Source: Eledone cirrhosa (taxonomy: Eukaryota). From it: a stretch of 34,694 nt of DNA. The stretch spans positions 1 to 34,694 of the forward strand of contig CAXHJY010000223.1 of NCBI GenBank assembly GCA_964016885.1, read 5' to 3'. The translations under genes were made by a program, and so were the position numbers. Every line of letters begins with the position of its first letter. Position 1 is the stretch's first letter. A model generated the notes under the pieces. That model did not search any database and was not told the DNA's origin. It saw only the letters and a program-made list of their open reading frames with translations. This document shows positions 19,310-31,807 of this stretch, in pieces.

Positions 19310-19314
<5 letters not shown>
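19119..19314. mobile_element. 'TAACGAAGG' family copy C with 38-bp fold-back
   Basis: Arms 19217-19254 and 19263-19300 (one mismatch, 8-nt loop); GAAAC 19272-19276, GTC 19292-19294; flanked by (TA)n. Confidence 0.8.
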
Positions 19315-19366
<52 letters not shown>

Positions 19367-19531
19367 CAATAAGAAGATCCCGTTAATGGTGAAAGCAGCG
19401 ATTCTTTGCTTAAACTTTAATCATCTGTTATTTTAATAAATATATATATATATATATGTGTGTATATATATATATACATATATATATATACACTGCTAGA
19501 GTAAACCTCTTCAAATGAAGTTGATGTTTAT

Positions 19532-19997
<466 letters not shown>

Positions 19998-20350
19998 CAG
20001 ATTTGTATGTGTATATATATGTATTTACGTTTGTATAAACAGCGGATTATACGTAAGAAAATATATGAAAGGAAAAAGCTTCAAAATACCGAACTATAAT
20101 AACTGCAATAATGGGAGTCACGGCGGTAGTAGAGAAATAAAGCGACACGAAAGGATGAACTAAAGTGTTGAAACCAACAGCTAAGATTTCGGACTGGCAA
20201 TTGCATAAAGAAATTTACTAGTAAAGTCTTTGATCTTAATGTTCTTATAATGTTAGTTTTGCACCATAAACACGCAACCTCCAGCTGTCTCGTCGAATTT
20301 TATCATCATTGTTATTATTGTTATGGTGGCGGTGGTGGTGGTGGTAATAA

Positions 20351-20427
<77 letters not shown>

Positions 20428-20520
20428 CTGGAAATTTCATTCTTTTTTCCGTCGGTGCAATCATTTAATATATATATATATATATACATATATACATACA
20501 TATATACATATATATATATT

Positions 20521-20599
20521 CACGATATAATCCGATAGCTGAGATATATTCTTATATTCCTTGACACTTGCTCCAGTGCAGACATATACACGAGGCTCA
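20521..20599 (+). repeat. 79-bp direct repeat, copy 1
   Basis: Matches 21930-22008 with 3 mismatches. Confidence 0.9.
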
Positions 20600-20635
20600 C
20601 ATACATACACATACATATATATATATATATATATT

Positions 20636-20668
<33 letters not shown>

Positions 20669-20669
<1 letters not shown>

Positions 20670-20866
20670 GGTACATAATTCCGGGTTGAATCGGAGGTAA
20701 CCACAGTAAGTAAGGTACTCAATACATTGCAGAGTATAAAAGTTTTAATATAGATGAGATTCTACAGGACTAGAACTGTTTCATTCTTTAGAAATCATCA
20801 GATTCCTGATGATTTCTAAAGAATGAAACAGTTCTAGTCCTGTAGAATCTCATCTATATTAAAACT
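20669..20866. mobile_element. HHR-like family 'GAAACAGTTCTAGTCCTGTAG' with perfect 61-bp fold-back
   Basis: 20741-20801 and 20806-20866 are exact reverse complements with a 4-nt spacer (ATTC). Each arm starts at CTGATGA, followed by t-TTC-taaa-GAA-t-GAAAC-agttcta-GTC. Confidence 0.75.
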
Positions 20867-20921
20867 ATATATATATATATATATACATATACACACACAT
20901 ATATGTATATTATATATATGT

Positions 20922-20956
<35 letters not shown>

Positions 20957-21029
20957 TATATATGTATATGTATGAGTAGCTGGGTTGGTGATGGTGATAA
21001 CGATGTTGCTGGTAGTGATATGGTATTTC

Positions 21030-21772
<743 letters not shown>

Positions 21773-21929
21773 ATTTAATGGCCGCATCAAAAGGTATCCA
21801 ACGTCTTTTCCTAGTTGGATATGTTATAGTGGCCAGATTACAAAGAGAATATTCTGGCTGTAATCACACCCAGTGCGATGACCGAGCCTCTGACCACCAC
21901 TACAGTCTTTGGTTCTAACGACTCACAGA

Positions 21930-22008
21930 CACGATATAAACCGATTGCTGAGATATATTCTTATATTCCTTGACACTTGCTCCAGTGCAGACATATACAC
22001 GAAGCTCA
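21930..22008 (+). repeat. 79-bp direct repeat, copy 2
   Basis: Matches 20521-20599. Confidence 0.9.
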
Positions 22009-22055
22009 AATACACACACACACACATACATATATATATATATTCACACACACAA

Positions 22056-22089
<34 letters not shown>

Positions 22090-22112
22090 TCACACACACA
22101 CACACACACATA

Positions 22113-22162
<50 letters not shown>

Positions 22163-22185
22163 GTATATATCGTATATATATATAT

Positions 22186-22231
<46 letters not shown>

Positions 22232-22246
22232 TAGTAAAATGAGGTA

Positions 22247-22334
22247 TCCTCTTGATAAGTCGGCAGACCTCGCAAGGACTCTATATCTTTGATATATTGT
22301 TTTTGTTTATGCCACGAAACTACGTAGTCGAGGA
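22247..22334 (+). ncRNA. Type I hammerhead ribozyme, U3-A8 variant (copy 1)
   Basis: Helix I TCCTC(22247-51)/GAGGA(22330-34); core TTGATAA (22252-58); stem II GT(C)GGCA/TGCCAC closed by G-C; GAAAC (22316-20); palindromic helix III ACTACGTAGT; GUC triplet, predicted cut after 22329. Confidence 0.85.
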
Positions 22335-22837
22335 ATTTAGGAACAGTTTAGGTATGATACATTTTATTACTAATTATATCTAAATGTTTCTTCTCTCTTC
22401 ATAATGTATTTTTAACTCTGATACTGGTTCAGTCTGGTTCAAACTGAATTGGTCTGTCCCAGTCATTCATTGAGCAACATCGGTGAAGTTGGCACCCTTA
22501 ACTCACAGTTGGGTGCGGATGCATTCATGTATATATGTGTGTGTCCGCATATATCTGTGTGTTTCTAAATATATTAATAACTCCCTCTGGTCGAGCAATC
22601 TTTGAGGTGTGGGGACAACTGGAAAGCTTCCATTACTCATACTTCTCGCCTTCTTCACTACCTCTTCTACGGCCTCGATATGAATACCCCCTCCGCCTCT
22701 GTGGTATTTTCTTCGTGGTTATAAGAGGCTTAGCTCTGCTTCTCGACCGTTATATCGCGTGACTATCTCCCCCTCCGCCTTTTGGGATTCTTTCTCACGT
22801 CGTGTAGACGCGTTCTTGAGACTAGTAAAATGAGGTA

Positions 22838-22925
22838 TCCTCTTGATAAGTCGGCAGACCTCGCAAGGACTCTATATCTTTGATATATTGTTTTTGTTTA
22901 TGCCACGAAACTACGTAGTCGAGGA
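22838..22925 (+). ncRNA. Type I hammerhead ribozyme, U3-A8 variant (copy 2)
   Basis: Same as copy 1; predicted cut after 22920. Confidence 0.85.
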
Positions 22926-23428
22926 ATTTAGGAACAGTTTAGGTATGATACATTTTATTACTAATTATATCTAAATGTTTCTTCTCTCTTCATAATGTAT
23001 TTTTAACTCTGATACTGGTTCAGTCTGGTTCAAACTGAATTGGTCTGTCCCAGTCATTCATTGAGCAACATCGGTGAAGTTGGCACCCTTAACTCACAGT
23101 TGGGTGCGGATGCATTCATGTATATATGTGTGTGTCCGCATATATCTGTGTGTTTCTAAATATATTAATAACTCCCTCTGGTCGAGCAATCTTTGAGGTG
23201 TGGGGACAACTGGAAAGCTTCCATTACTCATACTTCTCGCCTTCTTCACTACCTCTTCTACGGCCTCGATATGAATACCCCCTCCGCCTCTGTGGTATTT
23301 TCTTCGTGGTTATAAGAGGCTTAGCTCTGCTTCTCGACCGTTATATCGCGTGACTATCTCCCCCTCCGCCTTTTGGGATTCTTTCTCACGTCGTGTAGAC
23401 GCGTTCTTGAGACTAGTAAAATGAGGTA

Positions 23429-23516
23429 TCCTCTTGATAAGTCGGCAGACCTCGCAAGGACTCTATATCTTTGATATATTGTTTTTGTTTATGCCACGAA
23501 ACTACGTAGTCGAGGA
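23429..23516 (+). ncRNA. Type I hammerhead ribozyme, U3-A8 variant (copy 3)
   Basis: Same as copy 1; predicted cut after 23511. Confidence 0.85.
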
Positions 23517-24019
23517 ATTTAGGAACAGTTTAGGTATGATACATTTTATTACTAATTATATCTAAATGTTTCTTCTCTCTTCATAATGTATTTTTAACTC
23601 TGATACTGGTTCAGTCTGGTTCAAACTGAATTGGTCTGTCCCAGTCATTCATTGAGCAACATCGGTGAAGTTGGCACCCTTAACTCACAGTTGGGTGCGG
23701 ATGCATTCATGTATATATGTGTGTGTCCGCATATATCTGTGTGTTTCTAAATATATTAATAACTCCCTCTGGTCGAGCAATCTTTGAGGTGTGGGGACAA
23801 CTGGAAAGCTTCCATTACTCATACTTCTCGCCTTCTTCACTACCTCTTCTACGGCCTCGATATGAATACCCCCTCCGCCTCTGTGGTATTTTCTTCGTGG
23901 TTATAAGAGGCTTAGCTCTGCTTCTCGACCGTTATATCGCGTGACTATCTCCCCCTCCGCCTTTTGGGATTCTTTCTCACGTCGTGTAGACGCGTTCTTG
24001 AGACTAGTAAAATGAGGTA

Positions 24020-24107
24020 TCCTCTTGATAAGTCGGCAGACCTCGCAAGGACTCTATATCTTTGATATATTGTTTTTGTTTATGCCACGAAACTACGTAG
24101 TCGAGGA
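24020..24107 (+). ncRNA. Type I hammerhead ribozyme, U3-A8 variant (copy 4, in the partial unit)
   Basis: Same as copy 1; predicted cut after 24102. Confidence 0.85.
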
Positions 24108-24176
24108 ATTTAGGAACAGTTTAGGTATGATACATTTTATTACTAATTATATCTAAATGTTTCTTCTCTCTTCATA

Positions 24177-24250
<74 letters not shown>

Positions 24251-24353
24251 ATACATATACATGTATATATATATATATATATACATGTGTATATATATAT
24301 GTATATATATATTTATATATATTTATATATATGTATATATATATATATACATG

Positions 24354-24392
<39 letters not shown>

Positions 24393-24443
24393 ATATTTAT
24401 ACACGTATATGTATATATATGTATTTATATATATATGAAGATC

Positions 24444-24512
<69 letters not shown>

Positions 24513-24518
24513 TACATA

Positions 24519-24602
24519 CGATCTTCACACCGATCTATTTGAAAGAATGTTATTCTGCTATCTGACTGTACCGCTGGTTTCTATTGTTTTTCGACGTTTC
24601 CC
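24519..24602 (+). repeat. Short dispersed repeat, copy 1
   Basis: CGATCTTCACAC.GATCT.TTT.AAAGAA.GTTATTCTG...GTACCGC.GGTTTCTA.TGTTTTTC..CGTTTCCC is shared with 32693-32784. Confidence 0.75.
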
Positions 24603-24868
24603 ACTGTCTCTTTCCTTTATTATCTTTCTTGTTTTTCTCAATGTTTTTTTATTTTCCTGTTTTTCTGTTGTTCTCTTCTCGTTTTCCATTTCTCTTTATT
24701 TCCTTTCTCTCCCATTGTATTTGGCTCCATAATGTACTTCTTTTCTCATTTTGTCTCAACAAATACAAGTTCATATTTGCAAACACACACGTGCATTCCC
24801 CCACACATACACAGGTACACATACACATATATATATATGTGCACACAGACACACACACATATATATAA

Positions 24869-25025
<157 letters not shown>

Positions 25026-25074
25026 CATACATATATATATATATGCACACACAAATATATATATATATATATAT

Positions 25075-25122
<48 letters not shown>

Positions 25123-25253
25123 ATACATACTCTGTATATGTGTGTATGTAAGCGTGAGGGAGGGAGCTGTAAATATAAAATACGGGGGCGGGTGAGGAAA
25201 GATATAAAGGCGAGAGAGAGAGAGAGAGAGAGAGGGGGGGAGGGGGAGAGAGA

Positions 25254-25312
<59 letters not shown>

Positions 25313-25764
25313 AGAGAGAGAGAGAGTGTGAGAGAAAGAGCCAGAAAGAAAGAAAGAAAGACCACAAACAAACAAACAAACAAAGAAAAGAAACAATATA
25401 AAGAATAAAAGCAATAGTGTGTTCGCCCTGTTTTTATCAACGAACCACCGAAGTAAAATCAGAAATTTTCCAAAACTAAAGTGATGCATTGTAAAATATT
25501 ATGAATGGATGAAAAGATGATTGGAAGAATTTTGAGGATTTGAATACAAATGAATGGTAAAATGGCCGGGCATTATAGAGGAACAAATGGTGCCCCCTGC
25601 AAGGCTTCGATTTTGATCGGAAATTGAAAAACAGAGAAGAAGGGGAAAGACAAAAGAACATATTCGATAATTGACAGCTAAATTAATTAAATGGAAATCA
25701 AACGGTTTTCATCCAGACATTTCCCCGTGGTAAAAATATACACATATGTTTGTATGTATGTATG

Positions 25765-25865
<101 letters not shown>

Positions 25866-25906
25866 GCGTGTGTGTGTGTGTGTCTGTGTGGGTGAACATA
25901 TATATA

Positions 25907-26051
<145 letters not shown>

Positions 26052-26153
26052 TTACGTGTATATATATATATATATATGCGTGTGTTCATATATACATGTT
26101 CTGTGTAATGGTTGGGTTATCTATGAATATTTTAAGCTCTTTCTATACGTGTG

Positions 26154-26238
<85 letters not shown>

Positions 26239-26748
26239 GTGTGTGTGTGTGTTCCAACAGAGCCTACGTTGGGTGCATGTTTGTATTCCTAGAATATATT
26301 GAAGTGTATGTAGTTCACCACATGCGTGAATCCTTTGAAAGTATGTCTGTGTCTTTAAATTGGTGTTGATATTGTTGTTGTTGTTGTTGTTGTTGTTGCG
26401 TTGGTGTGCACGTGGGTGTCTGTATGTGTGTGTGCATTAATGTTTGTGTGTGTGTGTGCGTCATTTTGTGTGTGTGTGCGTGTGTGTATTAATATTTGTG
26501 TGTGTGTGTATGGGTGTGTCATTTTGTATGTGTGTGTGTGTATTAATGTGTGTGTGTGTGTGTTATTGTGTATGTGTCATTGTCTCTGTGTGTATGTGTG
26601 TGTCAAACGTTTTGTTCTCTAACGAATTCAGCAAATCAGTCATTTCTTTTTTATTAATGTGACAACACACATACACATTCATATATGAAAGTACATTAGA
26701 ACACATACACATACTTAATAATAGATATTGTGACAACACATACACATA

Positions 26749-27503
26749 GGGCATGCCCACAAAGTCGGAAAATAGCACAGCTCCCATGACTTTCGGAAAC
26801 ATGTTTTCACGCTCAGAGTTGCTGAAGCATGGAACAAACTACCTGCATCAGTTGTTAGCTGTTGAGACACTGCATCCTTTAAAACCTCCATGGAACAAAC
26901 TACCTGCATCAGTTGTTAGCTGCCGAGACACTGTATCCTTTAAAACCTCCATGGAACAAACTTCCTGCATCAGTTGTTAGCTGTTGAGACACTGCATCCT
27001 TTTAAACCTCATGGAACAAACTACCTGCATCAGTTGTTAGCTGTCGAGACACTGTATCCTTTAAAACCTCCATGGAACAAACTACCTGCATCAGTTGTTA
27101 GCTGTCGAGACACTGTATCCTTTAAAACCTCCATGGAACAAACTACCTGCATCAGTTGTTAGCTGTTGAGACACTGCATCCTTTAAAACCTCCATGGAAC
27201 AAACTACCTGCATCAGTTGTTAGCTGTCGAGACACTGCATCCTTTAAAACTTCCATGGAACAAACTACCTGCATCAGTTGTTAGCTGTCGAGACACTGCA
27301 TCCTTTAAAACCTCCATGCTTTCTGAGATTCGCCAACACTACACCTGATGCCGCCCCCCGCCCCTCCATACAAACGCACACATGTATTTCATGACTCATA
27401 CACTGTTCATTTTCCTGACATTTGTACATTATTCTATGCACTATACATGCACCTTTGATGAGGTGTAGCACTGTATACAATAATTTCATTAGTATTATTA
27501 TTT
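26749..27503 (+). mobile_element. 5'-truncated CR1-like LINE 3' end (decayed ORF2 C-terminus, 3' UTR, ATT tail)
   Basis: Frame from 26749 reads GHAHKVGK*HSSHDFRKHVFTLRVAEAWNKLPASVVSC*DTASFKTSM, matching the (R)GH..K...R..F..RV...WN.LP..VV......FK pattern of CR1-clade ORF2 C-termini. After the array it ends MLSEIRQHYT-TGA (27346-27348), followed by a UTR and an ATT-rich tail. Confidence 0.8.
26828..27318 (+). repeat. 61-bp minisatellite, 8 units, inside the LINE remnant
   Basis: Units begin CATGGAACAAAC at 26828, 26889, 26950, 27010, 27071, 27132, 27193 and 27254; closing CATG at 27315-27318. Confidence 0.95.
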
Positions 27504-27504
27504 A

Positions 27505-27672
27505 GGGGACGGATTGGCAGTATCGGTAGAGGGTCGGACGCCATGCTTTGTAGCATAGAGTTACGCCCCCATTATGGTATGAGTTCAAATATTTCATCCT
27601 TACGGGATTGATAAAATAAAGTACCAGTAATGTACTGAGATAATTGCTGGCCTTGTGCCAAAAGTAGAAACA
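27505..27672 (+). mobile_element. tRNA-derived SINE related to 1055-1222
   Basis: GGATTGGCAGTATCGGTAGAGG...GAGTTCAAAT...GATAAAATAAAGTACCAGTAATGTAC...GCTGGCCTTGTGCCAAAAGTAGAAACAAT. Confidence 0.8.
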
Positions 27673-27740
27673 ATTATTATTTATTATATAAATGACAATA
27701 CATACACAGACACATATTCTTGGAAACTCCGTCGGTTTTG

Positions 27741-27806
27741 ACTTTATACTATCGACACCAGAATGATGAAAGGCAAAGTTGATCTCTTTGGGATTTGAAC
27801 TCAGAA
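27741..27806 (-). mobile_element. SINE fragment (B-box and core)
   Basis: Minus strand TTCTGAGTTCAAATCCCAAAGAGATCAACTTTGCCTTTCATCATTCTGGTGTCGATAGTATAAAGT. Confidence 0.7.
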
Positions 27807-28187
27807 ATCCCATACGTTATAAAATAAATAGGATGGGCCGGCGTCTCAATATATAAAATAAGCGATTAATTCTGGGGGTTTTTTTTAATCTACAAAGTGA
27901 ACCTAGAAAAATTACTGATTTGCCACACACACACCCCACCGTACCCGCCACCACCCACTTATTCTTCACTGTTTTGTTTCTCTCTTTTTCATAATCTCGT
28001 TCTCTCTCTCTCTCTGTCTCTTTGTCTCTATCTCTCTAATCTCTCACTCCCCTCTCTCCCCCTTCCATCACCTATTCATCCTCCCCTCACCACCATTACT
28101 TCCTTGTCTTAAGAAGTTTTTAGTCTTACCTTCATTTATTATTCCTTTGGTTTTTCTCTAGAATTTCTACACAAAATCTCATTACAG

Positions 28188-28253
<66 letters not shown>

Positions 28254-28258
28254 CACAC

Positions 28259-28299
<41 letters not shown>

Positions 28300-28301
28300 T
28301 T

Positions 28302-28339
<38 letters not shown>

Positions 28340-28356
28340 TATATATACAAACACAC

Positions 28357-28390
<34 letters not shown>

Positions 28391-28519
28391 GCATATGTAT
28401 GTGTATATATATATGTATATAAATATATATATATACTCACATATATATATATACACACATATATATAACATACATACATAAAATACACAGATATATATAT
28501 GTGTGCGTGTATATATATT

Positions 28520-28552
<33 letters not shown>

Positions 28553-28684
28553 GCATACATATATGTATGTATATATATAATATATACATACATAGATACA
28601 TATATACATACATACATATATATATATATACATACACCTTATGTTCCTCATCACAACCTCTCTACTCCTTTCCTCTCCCTTCCT

Positions 28685-28735
<51 letters not shown>

Positions 28736-28892
28736 CATCTCTCTCCCTCTCCTCCTCTCTCCCACTAGCTTTCTTTCTCTTTCTATCTCTCCCATATTCT
28801 TAATTATTCTATTTGTAAATTACAAATCTGTTTCGACATTCACACCTGCATTATTCTACCCTCTCCCTCCTTCAATTATCCCTCTTTATCAA

Positions 28893-29016
<124 letters not shown>

Positions 29017-29440
29017 GACCGCCTGTACGTCCGTTAGTCAATCTAGCTATCTCTCAATCTATCTATCTATCTATCTATGTATCTATCTATCTTTTTTATC
29101 TATTTATCTATCTGTCTATCTATCTATCTATCCATCTATCTATCTGATGTATGCATTCATGTATGAGTATGTATTTATGTACGTATGTACGTATGTATGT
29201 ATGTATCTGAGTATGTATGTATGTGTGTATCCGAGTATGTATGTTTGTATATGTGTGTATGTCAGTATGCGTGTATGTATGTATGTATGTATGTATGTAT
29301 GTATGTATGTATGTATGTATGTATGTATGTATGAGTATGTATGTATATGTGTGTATGCAAGTATGTGTGTATATACGTCTCTGTATCATATTAAGAAATT
29401 CCATCAGCTTGTCTACTTCAATCTCTTCTCTTTATTAAAG

Positions 29441-30550
29441 CACTACCACCACCACCACCACCACCACCAATACCACCACCACCACCAACACCACCAACAC
29501 CTCCACCACTACCACCACCACCATCAACACCACCAACACCTCCACCATCACCACCACCACCAACACCACCACCACCACCACCACCACCACCACCACCACC
29601 ACCACCACCACCACCACCAACACCACCACCACCACCACCACCATCACCACCACCACCACCACCACCAACACCACCAACACCTCCACCACTACCACCACCA
29701 CCATCAACACCACCAACACCTCCACCATCACCACCACCACCACCACCAACACCACGAACACCACCAACACCACCACCACCACCTCCACCACCAACACCAC
29801 CATCAACACAACCACCACCACCAATACCACCAACACCACCACCACCTCCACCACCACCAACACCACCAACACCACCAACACCACCAACACCACCTCCACC
29901 ACCAACACCACCATCAACACAACCACCACCACCACACCACCACCACCTCCCACTACCACCAACACCACCAACACCACCACACCACCAACACCACCTCCAC
30001 CACCAACACCACCACAACACAACCACCACCACCACACCACCACCACCACCACCACCAACACAACCACCACCTCCACCACCACCAACACCACCAACACCAC
30101 CACCACCACCAACACCACCAACACCACCAACACCACCACCACCTCCACCACCACCAACACCACCACCACCACCTCCACCACCAACACCACCATCAACACC
30201 ACCAACACCACCACCACCACCAACACCACCAACACCACCACCACCTCCACCACCACCAACACCACCACCACCACCTCCACCACCTCCACCACCACCAACA
30301 CCACCAACACCACCAACACCACCACCACCTCCACCACCACCAACACCACCACCACCACCTCCACCACCTCCACCACCACCAACACCACCAACACCACCAC
30401 CACCACCAACACCACCAACACCACCAACACCACCAACACCACCAACACCACCACCACCTCCACCACCACCAACACCACCACCACCACCTCCACCACCAAC
30501 ACCACCATCAACACCACCACCAACATCGTCACCAACAACAACAACGCCAT
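29441..30550. repeat. 1.1-kb (CCA)n-based microsatellite with CAA/CCT interruptions
   Basis: Direct inspection; source of the spurious poly-His, poly-Gly and poly-Val ORFs. Confidence 0.95.
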
Positions 30551-30648
30551 CAAGCCACCGCTTCGCTTTCTTTTGATTTACATTACTCCAGCATCTCGAC
30601 ACGAATATATAGACACACACAAACACACACACACATATATATACATAT

Positions 30649-30688
<40 letters not shown>

Positions 30689-30751
30689 TATATATATATA
30701 AATATATATATATACATATATATATACATATACACACACATATATACATAT

Positions 30752-30831
<80 letters not shown>

Positions 30832-30873
30832 TATATATATATACATATATATATACATATATATCTATGTATA

Positions 30874-30905
<32 letters not shown>

Positions 30906-30946
30906 CATAATACATATATATAATACATAATACATATATATAATAC

Positions 30947-31067
<121 letters not shown>

Positions 31068-31124
31068 TATATATATGTATTATGTATATATATATATGTA
31101 TATATATATACATATATATGTATA

Positions 31125-31187
<63 letters not shown>

Positions 31188-31252
31188 ATGTATATATATA
31201 CATACACAAACACACACAACCTATATATATATATACACACATAGATATGTGC

Positions 31253-31321
<69 letters not shown>

Positions 31322-31435
31322 ACCGAGTTATGTGACAGGCACTCATTAAGTCGATCAAGCAATCTTAACGACCATGAATTAAAATCGGACAACGTGTCAA
31401 CCTTCGTGACAGGTCTTCGGTTTAGAAGACCAAAG

Positions 31436-31747
31436 GGGAAAAAACCTGTTAGATCTTAGAGAGGAGTTTGGGAGGGAAGTGGAACCAATCCTGTGAGAAC
31501 TTAGTAAGGAGTTTATGAGGCTGAAGGGAAAAGATCAATCCTCTAGTCAATTACAAAAGATCTGCTAGGCTTGGTGGGAAAGGAACGGTCCTTTGGGTAT
31601 ATAGAAAGGATCTAGTGGCGTTGGTGGGAGAGGACCTACCCTGTGATCATCTAGAAAGGGGCTAATAGGGGTGGTGGGATAACGTCAGTCCTCTGTATAT
31701 TTAATAATAAAAAAAAAAAGAGCTTGTGGCATTGGGGGAAGCTCCTG
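31436..31747 (+). repeat. Degenerate ~50-bp purine-rich tandem repeat, about 6 units
   Basis: GGGA anchors at 31474, 31526, 31576, 31626 and 31676 with shared TCCT.TG, TAGAAAGG and TGGTGGGA-like blocks. Confidence 0.7.
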
Positions 31748-31807
31748 CCGTTTCAGATCTTGCTGTTGAAACAGCAGGTCCTGATTTTTTTCATATATAT
31801 ATATATA

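Larger units (their letters stand above)
22228..24182 (+). mobile_element. Tandem array of 591-bp HHR-containing units (retrozyme-like / Penelope-associated non-autonomous element)
   Basis: Units start AGACTAGTAAAATG at 22228, 22819, 23410 and 24001 (last one 182 bp); no differences seen by eye; (TA)n on both flanks; one hammerhead per unit. Confidence 0.85.

Noticed and set aside
22535-22762. 75-aa ORF repeated in each 591-bp unit; unit length divisible by 3
   Set aside because: No recognisable domain, and the ORF track shows no frame open across a whole unit, so rolling-circle translation is unsupported.
26828-27318. CRISPR-like regular array
   Set aside because: No unique spacers; contiguous tandem copies of LINE sequence in eukaryotic DNA.
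29147-30655. 502-aa His-rich ORF and antisense Gly/Val-rich ORFs
   Set aside because: Stop-free only because of the (CCA)n tract; the start lies in a (TATG)n microsatellite.
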